From NCBI GenBank assembly GCA_963834385.1, contig CAWIBO010000002.1:416001-480000 (forward strand): DNA of 64,000 bases, read 5' to 3'. How positions within the stretch are numbered: the stretch's first letter is position 1; each line of letters opens with the position of its first letter. The notes under the pieces are model-generated. The model was not told the origin of the DNA, did no database searches, and saw only the letters and a list, made by a program, of their open reading frames with translations. The stretch is from an uncultured Verrucomicrobiae bacterium. GTDB lineage: Bacteria > Verrucomicrobiota > Verrucomicrobiia > Chthoniobacterales > UBA10450. This document shows, in pieces, positions 39,656-50,239 of the stretch. A program made the position numbers and the translations under genes.

Positions 39656-40387
39656 GTGCGCCTGAACCGCTACCTCGCCGCCGCTGGCATCGCTTCCCGG
39701 CGCGATTGCGACGAACTGATCGCCTCCGGCGCCGTCACCATCAACGGCCGGGTTTGCACCGATTTCAGCGTGCAACCGGCCGCCGAGGACCATGTCAAAG
39801 TTCGCGGAAAACTGGTGCGGCTTGACCCGCCACGACATCTGATCATGCACAAGCCGCGCGGTTACGTTTCCACCCGGGAAGATCCACGCGCCACCCGGAC
39901 GATTTTTGCGCTGCTCCCGGCCAGGTTCCCGCGCGTATTTCACGTGGGCCGTCTCGACGCGGCCAGCGAAGGCCTTCTTCTCCTGACCAATGACGGCGAC
40001 CTGGCCCAGCGACTCACGCATCCGCGGCACAAGATCGAGAAGGAATATGAAGTCATCCTCGACCGGCCGTGGGACCCGTCGCTCTCCCAAAAACTGGTGC
40101 GCGGCATCAACCTCGATGATCAGCGCGCATTCGCTCTGCGGGTGCAGCAGCTTGGCCCTTTCAAGCTTCGTCTTGTCCTGACCCAGGGACTCAACCGACA
40201 GATTCGCCGGATGCTGCACGCGCTCGGCTATGAGGCAAAACGACTGGTGCGGATACGTCTCGGTCCTCTCACTCTCGCCGGCGTGGCCCCCGGCCAGTGG
40301 CGTCCCCTGACCCAGCGGGAGCTGGCCGCGCTGCGGGGAGAGCGTACCGCCAGCGCGGCCGTCAGGCGGACTCCGCCCGCAGAATAA
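39656..40387 (+). CDS. rRNA pseudouridine synthase (RsuA/RluB family)
   Basis: S4 domain RLNRYLA/SRRDCDELI, HKPRG, GRLD, EKEY, GLNRQIRRM. Confidence 0.93.
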   Translation: MRLNRYLAAAGIASRRDCDELIASGAVTINGRVCTDFSVQPAAEDHVKVRGKLVRLDPPRHLIMHKPRGYVSTREDPRATRTIFALLPARFPRVFHVGRLDAASEGLLLLTNDGDLAQRLTHPRHKIEKEYEVILDRPWDPSLSQKLVRGINLDDQRAFALRVQQLGPFKLRLVLTQGLNRQIRRMLHALGYEAKRLVRIRLGPLTLAGVAPGQWRPLTQRELAALRGERTASAAVRRTPPAE

Positions 40388-42893
40388 CGAGCGGCGGAAC
40401 ATTTCCGACCCCGCGGCTGGCCAGGAGCCCGACGCCAACCGTCAGGAGGGTGGCGACCGCGCCGCCCACACCCAGCACCAACGCCGAGGGGGCGTAGGTG
40501 AGTTCAAAGACAAAGAAGGCCAGTCCCCAGCTCGCCACCGCGGCGAGGCCGACCCCGGCCAGCCCGGCGAACAGCCCAAGGAAGAGATACTCGGCCGCGA
40601 GAATGAGCCAGATCTGCCGGCGCGTTGCTCCCAGCGTGCGCAGGAGCACACTCTCCTCGACCCGTTGGTAGCGCCCGCTCCAAAGGACACTGGCCGCCAC
40701 CGCCAGGCCGGCGATCACCGTGAAGAGCGAGACCACGCGCACGGCCATGGCAACTTTGCTGAGGATGGAATCGACCGTCCGGATGACCGCGGCCAGGTCG
40801 ATGGCCGAGACATTGGGGAAGCGGGCCACGACCGCGCCCTGCAGACGCGCCGAGGCCGCAGCATCCGGGACCCGGCTGACGAGGACATGGAAACCGGGCG
40901 CACTTTCCAGGACACCAGCCGGGAAGACGACGAAGAAATTTGTCTGGAAACGGCGCCAATCGATCTCGCGCAGGCTGGCAATCCGCGTCCGGACCGGCAC
41001 ACCCTGGACATCGAAGACCAATTCGTCGCCCACGGCGGCGTTCCAGTCCCGCGCCAGCTCACGGTCGAGCGAGATGGGCACGACGTCGCCGGCCTGGTAG
41101 GTGACGCGGCCGATCCAGGCGCCCGCCGTGATCTTCTCGGTTCCCGTGAGGTGATCGCGAAAGGTCGACCGGTACTCGCGCTCCAACTGCCATTCGGGGA
41201 TCTTGCGCGCCGGGTCAGCCAGGATCTCGCTGACCGGCCTCCCCTTGATCGAACTGAGGCGCATGGTCACGATCGGCGCTTCCTGCAGGACGGGGAACTC
41301 GAGTTCGCGCACCAGCGTTCCCACCGGCTCTTTTTGGTCCGGCTGGATATCGAAGAGAAAAATGTTCGGCTGGCCGCGGTCGTCGATCGACTGGAATTGC
41401 GCGAGGAGCACATCCCGGGTGAGCTGAAGACTGACCAGGAGGAAGGTGGCCAGGCCGAGGGAAACGGTCAGGAGCAGCGTCCGGTTGTGCGGCCGGTAAA
41501 GATTGGATAGTCCCTGCCGCAACACATAGGGAGCTCGTGGAGAGATGAGGCGCCGCGCGAAACCGATGAGCAGCCGTGCCCAGCCCGAGAGCAATCCGAG
41601 GACCAGCGCCAGGGCGCCGGCATAGATCAGCCCCTGCCAGACGGTTTGGGCCTGTGAGATGGAAAAAAGAGTTACGGCTCCGGCCAGGCAGAGCCACGCC
41701 GCCCAGATCGCCGGGTCCCGGGCCGCTCCCCCATCCCCTGCGCGCCGCAGTGCCTGCAAAGGCGCCACCCGGCGAAAGCGAAGCAGCGGCGGCAGGGAAA
41801 AGAGGAGGCAGAAGGCGAAGCCGATGAAGGCACCGCGCGCCACCGGCCAGAGCATCACGCGGGAGGAGATCTCGACCGGCAGGAAAGAACGCGCGGCCAC
41901 CGGCAACACCTGCTGCGCCGCCAGTCCCAGGAGACCTCCCACGAGCGCCCCGGCCACGCCGATGCCGGCCGCCTGCAAAAGATAGACCGCGAGGGTGGTC
42001 AGGCGCGTGGCCCCAAGGCAGCGGAGAATGGCACTCGTCCGGGTTTTCTGCCGCAGATGCATGCTGATGCCGCTGGCGACCCCGAGCGCACCCAGCAGGA
42101 GCGAGACAAAACCGATCAGGCTGAGAAAGCGATAGACATTCTCCAGGGCGCGCCCGATGGCGCGCTGCCGTTCGGCCACGGTGTCCACCTCGAAGCCCTG
42201 CGCCTGCAGCCGCAATTCCAGTTCGGCGGCGCGGGCCTCCGCATTGACGCCCCCGGCAAAACCGATGTAGGCCAGATACCGCACCAGGCTGCCGGGCTGG
42301 ACGAGCCGGGTGGCGGCCACATCGGAAGCAGCAAGAAAAACGCGGGGAGCAAAGCCCGCCCCGGCGGAGGCGTCGCCGGGTATGCGCAGCAGGGCCCCGG
42401 CGACCTCAAATTCCGCTTCGCCCAGGCGCACCCGGTCGCCGATCTTTGTTCCAAACTGAAAGAGAAGACTCTGGTCAACGAGGATGCGGCCGCCCCCTCG
42501 CAGGAGGGAAAGACTTCCCGGCGGACGAGTTTCCATCTCCCCGTAGAAAGGAAAATCGCCTTCAAGCCCGCGCACCTGCACCAGCCGTGTGCCCGCCCCG
42601 CGCGGAAAGACGAGCATGCTGGTGAAGCGTGTCTCCCGGGCCTGGCGGGGCCCAAACTCGGCGAACTGCGTTTCCTCCGACGGCGTAAACGGGCGGTTCG
42701 TTTCCACCACCAGATCGGCGCCAAGAAGGGTCCGGGCCTGCCCGTTGATCGCCTCCGCAAGGCTGGCCCGGAACGAGTCGAGCGTGACAAGGGCAGCAAC
42801 CCCGACGGAAATGCAGAGCGCAAAGAGAAGCAGCCGGCGTCGGCTGGCGCGGCTGTCCCGCCACGCCATTTGCAGAATGAAAAGGCCGGACAC
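40362..42893 (-). CDS. ABC transporter permease (YbbP/FtsX-like)
   Basis: MAWRDSR, ARTLLGADL, ILRCLGA, NIFLFDIQPDQ, LRTLGA; duplicated FtsX halves. Confidence 0.9.
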   Translation of the reverse strand: MSGLFILQMAWRDSRASRRRLLLFALCISVGVAALVTLDSFRASLAEAINGQARTLLGADLVVETNRPFTPSEETQFAEFGPRQARETRFTSMLVFPRGAGTRLVQVRGLEGDFPFYGEMETRPPGSLSLLRGGGRILVDQSLLFQFGTKIGDRVRLGEAEFEVAGALLRIPGDASAGAGFAPRVFLAASDVAATRLVQPGSLVRYLAYIGFAGGVNAEARAAELELRLQAQGFEVDTVAERQRAIGRALENVYRFLSLIGFVSLLLGALGVASGISMHLRQKTRTSAILRCLGATRLTTLAVYLLQAAGIGVAGALVGGLLGLAAQQVLPVAARSFLPVEISSRVMLWPVARGAFIGFAFCLLFSLPPLLRFRRVAPLQALRRAGDGGAARDPAIWAAWLCLAGAVTLFSISQAQTVWQGLIYAGALALVLGLLSGWARLLIGFARRLISPRAPYVLRQGLSNLYRPHNRTLLLTVSLGLATFLLVSLQLTRDVLLAQFQSIDDRGQPNIFLFDIQPDQKEPVGTLVRELEFPVLQEAPIVTMRLSSIKGRPVSEILADPARKIPEWQLEREYRSTFRDHLTGTEKITAGAWIGRVTYQAGDVVPISLDRELARDWNAAVGDELVFDVQGVPVRTRIASLREIDWRRFQTNFFVVFPAGVLESAPGFHVLVSRVPDAAASARLQGAVVARFPNVSAIDLAAVIRTVDSILSKVAMAVRVVSLFTVIAGLAVAASVLWSGRYQRVEESVLLRTLGATRRQIWLILAAEYLFLGLFAGLAGVGLAAVASWGLAFFVFELTYAPSALVLGVGGAVATLLTVGVGLLASRGVGNVPPLVILRAESA

Positions 42894-42897
42894 GTTG

Positions 42898-43569
42898 CTA
42901 GATCATGGCTCCACCGCGCAAGCGGATGGTGCGCCCGGTGAGCCCCGCCACCTCGGGATCGTGGGTCACGAGGACAAGCGCGGTTCCGGCGTGCTCGTTC
43001 AACTCAAGCATCACCTTGATGACGCCTGCGCTCGTTTCTGCGTCCAGGTTGCCGGTCGGTTCATCCGCGAAGAGAATCCTGGGCTGATTGATGAAGGCCC
43101 GGGCGAGGGCCACGCGCTGTTGCTCACCGCCCGAAAGCTGCGCCGGGTAATGCCCCGTGCGCGCGCCCAGGCCGACCCGGCCGAGCAATTCCTCCGCGCG
43201 CTTTCGAGCCGTGCGGTCACCGCGCAACTCCAGCGGCACGGCCACGTTCTCCAGCGCGGTCAAAGTCGGGATCAGTTGGAAACTTTGAAAGACGAACCCG
43301 ACGAGCCGATTCCGCAGGCGGGCACGCTCGTCTTCATTCGCGCGCCCGAGATCGATGCCGTCGAGCAGAATGGTCCCGTCGCTCGGGTCATCGAGTCCGG
43401 CGCACAAACCGAGGAGAGTGCTCTTTCCGCTCCCGGAGGGACCAAGGATGGCGCAGGTGGAGCCGGCCGCGAGGGCGAAGGTGATGTCGCGCAGCACCGT
43501 CAGCTCGCCCGCCGCCGTGCGGTAGGTTTTGCGGACGCGGTCGAGGGTGAGAATCGGGGGCTGGCTCAT
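42898..43569 (-). CDS. ABC transporter ATP-binding protein (YbbA-like)
   Basis: GPSGSGKST, LSGGEQQR, ADEPTGNLD, VTHD. Confidence 0.95.
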   Translation of the reverse strand: MSQPPILTLDRVRKTYRTAAGELTVLRDITFALAAGSTCAILGPSGSGKSTLLGLCAGLDDPSDGTILLDGIDLGRANEDERARLRNRLVGFVFQSFQLIPTLTALENVAVPLELRGDRTARKRAEELLGRVGLGARTGHYPAQLSGGEQQRVALARAFINQPRILFADEPTGNLDAETSAGVIKVMLELNEHAGTALVLVTHDPEVAGLTGRTIRLRGGAMI

Positions 43570-43619
43570 TGACGATGCGAAGCGATGCGGTTTGCTTACG
43601 CGAAGTTGATTCGTCGCGC

Positions 43620-44255
43620 ATGAGAAAAAGGTTTCCTGTATTCTGTTTCGTCCTGGTCTCCCTGGTTGCCCTGGCCTCCGCCGCGCCGGAGGACCGCCCG
43701 CGCCGCCTGGTCATCCTGGGCGACAGCATCACCTCCGGCCACGGGCTGAATAAAAACGAGGCTTACCCGGCGGTGCTGGCGGAGAAAGTACGCGCGGCCA
43801 ACCTCCCCTACGAGGTGGTCAACGCCGGGGTGGGCGGCGATACCAGTGCCGGCGGCCTGCGCCGAATCGACTGGCTTTTGCAGGAGCCGATTGACGTCCT
43901 CGTGATCGAACTGGGAGGCAACGATGGTCTGCGCGGCCTGCCGCTGGACGCTCTGAAAAAGAATCTCCAGGGCATCATCGACAAGACCAGATCCCGATAT
44001 CCCGGGGCGAAGATTGTCCTCGCCGGCATGCGCATCCCCCCGAATCTTGGCCGCGAGTACGCCGAAGGTTTTCAGCAGATTTATCCGGAACTGGCGCGGG
44101 AAAATGACGCCCTGCTCATTCCTTTTCTCCTCGAGGGCGTCGGCGGAGTCCGCGCGCTCAACCAGTCCGACCTGATTCATCCGACTGCGGACGGCCATAA
44201 ATTGATCGCCGATGTGGTCTGGGCCGCGCTCGCGCCGCTCCTGCGCGCCGGATGA
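43620..44255 (+). CDS. tesA: Arylesterase / TesA-like SGNH hydrolase
   Basis: GDSIT, NAGVGGDT, ELGGNDG, DLIHP; signal peptide. Confidence 0.9.
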   Translation: MRKRFPVFCFVLVSLVALASAAPEDRPRRLVILGDSITSGHGLNKNEAYPAVLAEKVRAANLPYEVVNAGVGGDTSAGGLRRIDWLLQEPIDVLVIELGGNDGLRGLPLDALKKNLQGIIDKTRSRYPGAKIVLAGMRIPPNLGREYAEGFQQIYPELARENDALLIPFLLEGVGGVRALNQSDLIHPTADGHKLIADVVWAALAPLLRAG

Positions 44256-45058
44256 CCCGCCCCCTTTTTCCCGGTTGCTCGGCCCTCATCACCGGGGCTT
44301 CCGCCGGTCTTGGCCGCGAATTTGCCCGCCAGCTTGCCCCGGAAGCGGCGCAGCTTCTCCTGGTCGCCCGCCGCTCCGAACGCCTCGAGGAGTTGCGCGC
44401 GCAACTGGCCTCGCAGCATCCCGCACTCAAGGTCCACTGCCTGAGCATCGACCTTGCCCGGGACGGCGCCATTCTGGAACTCGCCGCTGAACTCGAGCGC
44501 CGGGAATTCCAGCCCGATCTCCTGATCAACAACGCCGGGCTGGGCGACATCGGCCCGCTGCACAACAGTGACGCCGGGCGCATTCGCGACATCGTCATGG
44601 TCAACATGGTGGCGCTGACCCTCCTGACCCGCGCCGTTCTGCCCGGGATGGTCGAGCGGCGGGCTGGAACCATCATCAACGTCAGTTCCTGCGCCGCCTA
44701 TCTTCCGATCGCCGGGTTCGCCGTCTACGCGGCGACAAAGGCTTACGTGAGCAGTTTCTCCGAGGGAATCCGGGCGGAACTGCGAGGAACCGGGGTGCGG
44801 ATCACCGCCCTTTGCCCGGGGCCGGTGCACACGGAGTTCACCTCCGTGGCCAAACGCCGGGACGTGCCGGCACGTCTCGGACCGGAACTCGCCTATGTCT
44901 CGGCGGAAAACGTCGTGCGCGACGCCCTGCAGGCGGCCGCCGCCGACCGGCCGGTCGTCATTCCCGGATTCCTGATGCAAATCGCCATGTCCGCGGTTCG
45001 GCTTTTGCCCATGCCGGCGGTCCGCGTCGTGGCGCGACTCTACGCGAAGTCGTCCTGA
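44252..45058 (+). CDS. Short-chain dehydrogenase/reductase
   Basis: TGASAGLG, NNAG, YAATK, CPGPV. Confidence 0.93.
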   Translation: MTRPLFPGCSALITGASAGLGREFARQLAPEAAQLLLVARRSERLEELRAQLASQHPALKVHCLSIDLARDGAILELAAELERREFQPDLLINNAGLGDIGPLHNSDAGRIRDIVMVNMVALTLLTRAVLPGMVERRAGTIINVSSCAAYLPIAGFAVYAATKAYVSSFSEGIRAELRGTGVRITALCPGPVHTEFTSVAKRRDVPARLGPELAYVSAENVVRDALQAAAADRPVVIPGFLMQIAMSAVRLLPMPAVRVVARLYAKSS

Positions 45059-45065
45059 CGATTCG

Positions 45066-45656
45066 CTATTTCTTGTATTTCACCGAGCAGCCGTAGGGCG
45101 CGGCCGTGGGAGTGCTGACGGGCTGGCCAGCCATGGCCTCATCCAGCGCCGCCCGGACATAATTCTTCGAGGAAGCGATGTCGCCCTGGTCGGTGGAACG
45201 CTTGTCATCAATGCCGCCTTCGAAAATGATCTTCCCCTCGGGATTGATCACGAACATGTGCGGCGTGGTCTTGGCGTCATAGAGCCGGCCCACCTTGCCT
45301 TCGGGATCGAGCAGCAGCGCCGTCGCGTTAATCTTCCATTCCTCCATTTGCGCCTTGCCCTCGTCGGCCGAGAGATGGCCCTCGAGCCCGGGAGCGGAGG
45401 AATCAATCAGGAGCCAGACAACGTCCTTGCCGGCGAACTCCTTCTGGAGCTTTTGCATGTCTCCCTGGCCATAATGCTTTTTCACAAAAGGACACTCCGG
45501 GTTGAACCATTCCAGGACCACGTACTTGCCCTTGAAGTCGGAAAGATTGTGCGTTTTCCCCGCGGTGTCCGGAAGCGAGAACGCCGGAGCGGTTTTGTCG
45601 GCGGCCAGGGCGGCCGAGACGGCAAGGAGTGAAAGAAGTGCAATGATGTTTTTCAT
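45066..45656 (-). CDS. Exported redoxin (AhpC/TSA-like thioredoxin fold)
   Basis: LEWFNPECPFV, TTPHMF, YGCSVKY. Confidence 0.88.
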   Translation of the reverse strand: MKNIIALLSLLAVSAALAADKTAPAFSLPDTAGKTHNLSDFKGKYVVLEWFNPECPFVKKHYGQGDMQKLQKEFAGKDVVWLLIDSSAPGLEGHLSADEGKAQMEEWKINATALLLDPEGKVGRLYDAKTTPHMFVINPEGKIIFEGGIDDKRSTDQGDIASSKNYVRAALDEAMAGQPVSTPTAAPYGCSVKYKK

Positions 45657-45658
45657 GG

Positions 45659-47815
45659 TTACTCGGAGGCTACGCGCGGGGCGATGTTTTGGATCTGGTT
45701 CAGGACGATTTTTTTCGTCAAAAGCTCGGGGAAAATGAAGGGCTGCTCCGGCTGGCCGGGCGGATACAAAACGTAAAGCGGGACACCCGGCCGGCCAAAC
45801 TGTTTCAGAACCCGCGTGATCTCCGGATCGGCGTTGGTCCAGTCCGCCTTCATCTTGATGATCCCGCTGCGGGTGAAGGCGTCCCTGACCTCCGTGCTCT
45901 CAAGCACGGTGGCTTCATTGAATTTGCAGGTCACGCACCAGGCCGCCGTGAAATCGAGGAAGACCGCGTTCCCCTTTTCCAGTTCGGAGGCCAGACGCGC
46001 CGGGGAAAAGGCGACCCAGCCATCCCCCGGCGTCCCCTCCTGCATCGCCACCGGGGCGTTGAACTTTGTCCCGATGAAGAAAAATCCGCCGGCAGCGAGC
46101 AGGACCAGCATCAGCAGGGTCACGAAAATTCGGGTCGTGCGGGAAACGGTCGCGGTGAGGAACGCGCCCTTCATCCAGCAGACGAGACCCAGCACGAGCA
46201 GGAAAGCGCCGCTCCAGACGATGGCGCCGGCACCCCGTTGCGCGCCGAGCACGGAGAGGAGAAAAAGAAGCGTGGCCAGGAGAATAAAACCCATCAGCTC
46301 TTTCACCCGCACCATCCAGGGCCCGGGTTTCGGCAGGAAACGCAGCCAGGCGGGCTGGGCCGTGAGCAGCAGGTAAGGCGCGCTCATCCCCGCCGCGATG
46401 GCGGCAAACATGGCCAGGATGACGAAGCTCGATTGGGTGAAGGCGAAGCCGAGCGCGGTTCCAAGGAAGGGAGCCGTGCAGGGCGTGGCCAGCACGGTGG
46501 CGAAGACACCCTGGAAAAAGGAGCCGGCCTCGCCCTCCCGGTTGGTCCAGCCGAGCAGGCCGCGGCTGGCCGACTCCGGCAGGGTGATCTCAAAAACGCC
46601 AAGAAGGTTGAGCGCAAAGACGAGCACGATCGCGCCCAAGCCCAGGACAAAATAGGGATTGGTGAACTGGAACGCGCCCCAGGTGAGATCACGCCCGGCT
46701 GCCTTCATCGCCACCAGGAGCAGGGCCAAACCCAAAAACCAGGCAAAAACCCCCGCGGAGAAAGCCAGTCCGCTCCGGAGAATGCGAGCGCGGCTCTGCC
46801 CGGCCTGTTGAATAAAGCCGAAGATCTTCAGCGAAATCACGGGCAGCACGCAGGGCATCAGGTTGAGAATCATTCCGCCGAGGAAACCCAGGACGAGAAA
46901 CCGCAAAAGCTGCCGCGAGCTCAGCGGAACCGCCGCCGTCACCGCGGAATCCGAACCTGCCGGCGCCGCACTCGGCGCGGACGCACCTGTCTCCAGCCGC
47001 CAGGCATTCCGTTGTTCGTGGTCACTCGCGCCAAAGACCACCAGCCCAGCCATCTGGTTGAGGTCATTTCCCTCCAGCGGAATGCGAAAGACGATTTCAC
47101 CCGCTTCGCCGGTCTGGCGTTCGGGATGTCCCACGACACTTGCGCCCGGCGGATTCGGATAAAAATCCACATAGGGATGAGCTTTCAGCGCCTCGCTTTG
47201 GAGGCGGAGTTCCAGTTCCGTCTTGGTCACGCGCCGCCAGTTTGCCCGCACGGTTTCCTCGCCCGGCCAGGCTTGCGGAAGCTCGCGCTGCTGGCGCTCG
47301 AACAACTCTTTCCGGGCAGGCGCGCCCTCGCCATTGGGCAGAACAAGGGACAGGCTGGCGTCTCCCGGAATGCAGATCCGCTCGCAAACGAGCCATTTCG
47401 GTTCCGCCTGCAGCGTGACCGATTCGCCCTGCAGGTCGGCCGGGGGCGTGACCTGCTGGGTGAGAAGCACCTCGTCGTGGTATCCGTAAATCCGGATGTC
47501 ACCCGGCTCGACCAGGCGCTGCGGTATGGGCCATTGCACCGGCCCGGCCTCCCACCCTGGCGGCAGCTTTAGGTTGATCTCGGTGGGCAGACCGGAGTCG
47601 CCGGGGTACTGCCAGTAGGTGTGCCACCCCTTTTCCATTCGCAAGAGCAGCCCGACGGTAAACGGTTTGCCCGGGGTTACCGCGGTGGTGTCGGCCACCA
47701 GTTCCGCCTGGACCAGTTGCCGGCCCTGGTAAGTCTGCGCCAAACTCCCGGGGACGCTTCCGATGCCCAGGCAGAATGCCAGGAGGAGAAGCGAAAAGCG
47801 TCGGGAAAGTTTCAT
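45659..47815 (-). CDS. dsbD: Protein-disulfide reductase DsbD family (N-domain, TM domain, thioredoxin)
   Basis: GWHTYW, WLVCERICIP, NLMPCVLPV, ATPCTAP, FTAAWCVTCK. Confidence 0.9.
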   Translation of the reverse strand: MKLSRRFSLLLLAFCLGIGSVPGSLAQTYQGRQLVQAELVADTTAVTPGKPFTVGLLLRMEKGWHTYWQYPGDSGLPTEINLKLPPGWEAGPVQWPIPQRLVEPGDIRIYGYHDEVLLTQQVTPPADLQGESVTLQAEPKWLVCERICIPGDASLSLVLPNGEGAPARKELFERQQRELPQAWPGEETVRANWRRVTKTELELRLQSEALKAHPYVDFYPNPPGASVVGHPERQTGEAGEIVFRIPLEGNDLNQMAGLVVFGASDHEQRNAWRLETGASAPSAAPAGSDSAVTAAVPLSSRQLLRFLVLGFLGGMILNLMPCVLPVISLKIFGFIQQAGQSRARILRSGLAFSAGVFAWFLGLALLLVAMKAAGRDLTWGAFQFTNPYFVLGLGAIVLVFALNLLGVFEITLPESASRGLLGWTNREGEAGSFFQGVFATVLATPCTAPFLGTALGFAFTQSSFVILAMFAAIAAGMSAPYLLLTAQPAWLRFLPKPGPWMVRVKELMGFILLATLLFLLSVLGAQRGAGAIVWSGAFLLVLGLVCWMKGAFLTATVSRTTRIFVTLLMLVLLAAGGFFFIGTKFNAPVAMQEGTPGDGWVAFSPARLASELEKGNAVFLDFTAAWCVTCKFNEATVLESTEVRDAFTRSGIIKMKADWTNADPEITRVLKQFGRPGVPLYVLYPPGQPEQPFIFPELLTKKIVLNQIQNIAPRVASE

Positions 47816-47896
47816 ACAAGGCAATACCACCAGCAGGGGTGAGAGCAATTTGACCCCGCCGGGGTCGCCTCCGTTCAACCAGGAGGGCGGGCCGAA

Positions 47897-49532
47897 TTAT
47901 TCGACGCCGTAGACTTCGATCAGGGCAATGCCAGTGGCGTTGTTCTTGCCCCGCACGATCGCAGTATGGTTTCCCGGGACGAGAAACCCTCCCAGCGCGG
48001 CCTCGCCGGTGCCGGTCGGCGCGAAGCCATACTGCTGGGTCAGGATATCATTAAGATAATCATCGTTGCTGCGCACCAGATCGCCGTTGCCATTGCGCAA
48101 CTCGAGCACCGGATCAGCCAAAGCCCCGGCGACGCCGGTTGACCGGCCGAGGGCGCGAATGATCACCCCCTTGGGCTGCGGGCCGAAATTGATCAGTCCG
48201 CCGATCAGGACATCGTCGCCCGTGCCGACAAAGCCGCGGGTGGAAATGTTGGCGAGCTTGGGGCTGGCGGGGTCGCCCGCATCCAGATCGTAAACTTCAA
48301 CGAGCGCAATGCCGGTCGTTTCGTTGCTGCCACGAACGATGGCGGTGTAGGCGCTGTCGTTGGCCGGGACCGTCACGATCATGGCGGACTCCTGATCATG
48401 GGACGGGGCAAACCCGGCATTCGTGATCTCGGTCTCCTGAGTATCCCGCCAGTTGTCGTTGCTCCGGATCAGTCCGCCGGCACCGTTGCGCAGTTCCAGC
48501 ACGGGATTCTCCAGGACGCCATTGAGGCCGGTGGACGGTCCGAGGACCCGGATAAGAACCCGCTTGGTCCCGCCGCCCTGGACAATGAATCCGCCGATCA
48601 TGACGCTTTCGCCCGTGCCGACACGACCGCGGGTGGAGATGTTGGCGAGGCGCCCGGCGCCGGTGTAACGACCGTCGCCCGCGGCCTGGGGAGCGCCAGC
48701 GCGCGCGCCGTACAACGCCTTGGCCCCGGCCACGTCATCCAGCATCAGAGTGAAAGTGCCGTCGACAAAGGCGTTCATGACCGCTTCCACGTTCTGGCCA
48801 TCCTGGTCCGGGTGATCGAGCCCAAGAAGATGTCCGACTTCATGCAGGGCCACGCGGTGAAGGTCGGTCCTGGTCGGGTCACCGCTGTTGCCGGTGGCGG
48901 ATTGCCAGCGCACGGCGGAATTGAAAATGATGTCCGACTCGATGATCCGGTTGTTGCTGTCGTTGTTCACCAGGGCGACGGCGAGGGTGGAAGAGCCGAA
49001 ATGCTGCTGGTAGACCTGGCTGTTGAACTGGACCGAAGTGACGCCGTCCAGATCGCCCGCCGGCGTCGTGATCGGGGCGAAATTCCAGTTCACCTGGAAA
49101 TTGGCCATGTGCTCGTTCCAGATGGCGAAGGTGTTGGCGACCGAGTCGTTCCAGGAACGGCTGCCATCAAGCAGGACGCTTTGGAGCACGACGGATCCGT
49201 TGTTGATCGCAACCGAGCCGGGAAAGTTCAGCGTCGCCTCGTTGGTCCCCGTGACCGAAACGATCTTGGAGGTCGAGAACATGCCGGGGCCCAGCGACCG
49301 TTTTGCCCACGTCACCCTGCGTGAACGAATTGCTTGGGGCATTCAGCTTCTTCGTGCCGGCCGCGAGGGTTACGCCGGTGACTGTCTTGTTGTACGGTCC
49401 CATTTGGATGCGGACGGTGAGCGTGCCGGGACTCCATGAACCCGGGGCCGGGAAGATGAACGAATAGCTGCGGCCTTCCGGGAGCCCGCAAAAAAGGAGA
49501 AGCGCGGCCAGGGCCGCAACGCGCCGGGGCAC
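47897..49532 (-). CDS. Secreted matrixin-family (M10) metalloprotease with tandem C-terminal 'NISTRG' domains; apparent +1 frameshift near 49288
   Basis: Signal peptide in ORF 49167-49532 joins ORF 47897-49342 at GPGMF. HEVGHLLGLDH, Met-turn AVMN, two LANISTRG repeats. Confidence 0.85.
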
Positions 49533-49535
49533 GAT

Positions 49536-50145
49536 TTATTCCAGGTTCTTCTGGCGATCGGCCGCGGTGGCAAGAGTGCTCTTGATCGTATCTCTTGAAC
49601 TCCTGCAGCGAAACCGCGGGACGCCCCGTGACCGAGGCGCGACCGGCGCCATGGCCTGTCGGATCCTGCTGTCCCAAGGCGGTGACGTCGGTGAGCGGCG
49701 CGCCGCTGTTCAGGGCGACCACCTCGCGGCCGGTCACCTTGTCGAGCTCCACGCGAAAACGGCCGTGCATGATTCCGACCAGGGGAATGAACTGCGAGCC
49801 GTTGTTCTCCACGAAAACAACGTCGCGATCACCCACCTTGAACTTCGGCCCGTCGGTCACTTCCAGCGTCTGGCCGTCAACCGTGCCGCCCAGCATCCGC
49901 ATGGTGTAGCTGGAACCGGCTTCGCCCTTGAGCGTGTCCTTCACTTTGAAGGTGACAAAGCTGACGATGCGGCGCTGGGCGCCTTCGCCGGCCCACTCCG
50001 ATTTCACTTCGGACACGGTGCCTTCGAAGATCAGCTGGGCGTTATCAACCAATTCTTCGAATTTGGGCGGGATGACCGTGGTGGCCTGAAGCGCGGTCGC
50101 GCCGAGAAGGGAGCAGATGAGGACGAGCGGGCGAATATTTTTCAT
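49536..50145 (-). CDS. Secreted protein with putative TIMP/NTR-like OB fold; apparent +1 frameshift near 49592
   Basis: Signal peptide ...ATALQA/TTVIPPKFEELVDNAQLIFEGTV. The corrected end EFKDTIKSTLATAADRQKNLE* stops 3 nt before the next GTG. Confidence 0.7.
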
Positions 50146-50239
50146 GGGGAACAGTGGGGAAACAGTAGACGATTCGTTTTGGAACTCAATCAGATAAGTT
50201 TACGATTTTTAGGTAAATAAGCCGCCCGTTTCGCCCCTT

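Noticed and set aside
45689..47572. 627-aa plus-strand ORF (and similar long antisense ORFs at 19154-20413, 31257-32669, 54445-55914)
   Set aside because: Shadows of well-supported genes (dsbD, aroA, methyltransferase/rmlC-like, putA) on the opposite strand.
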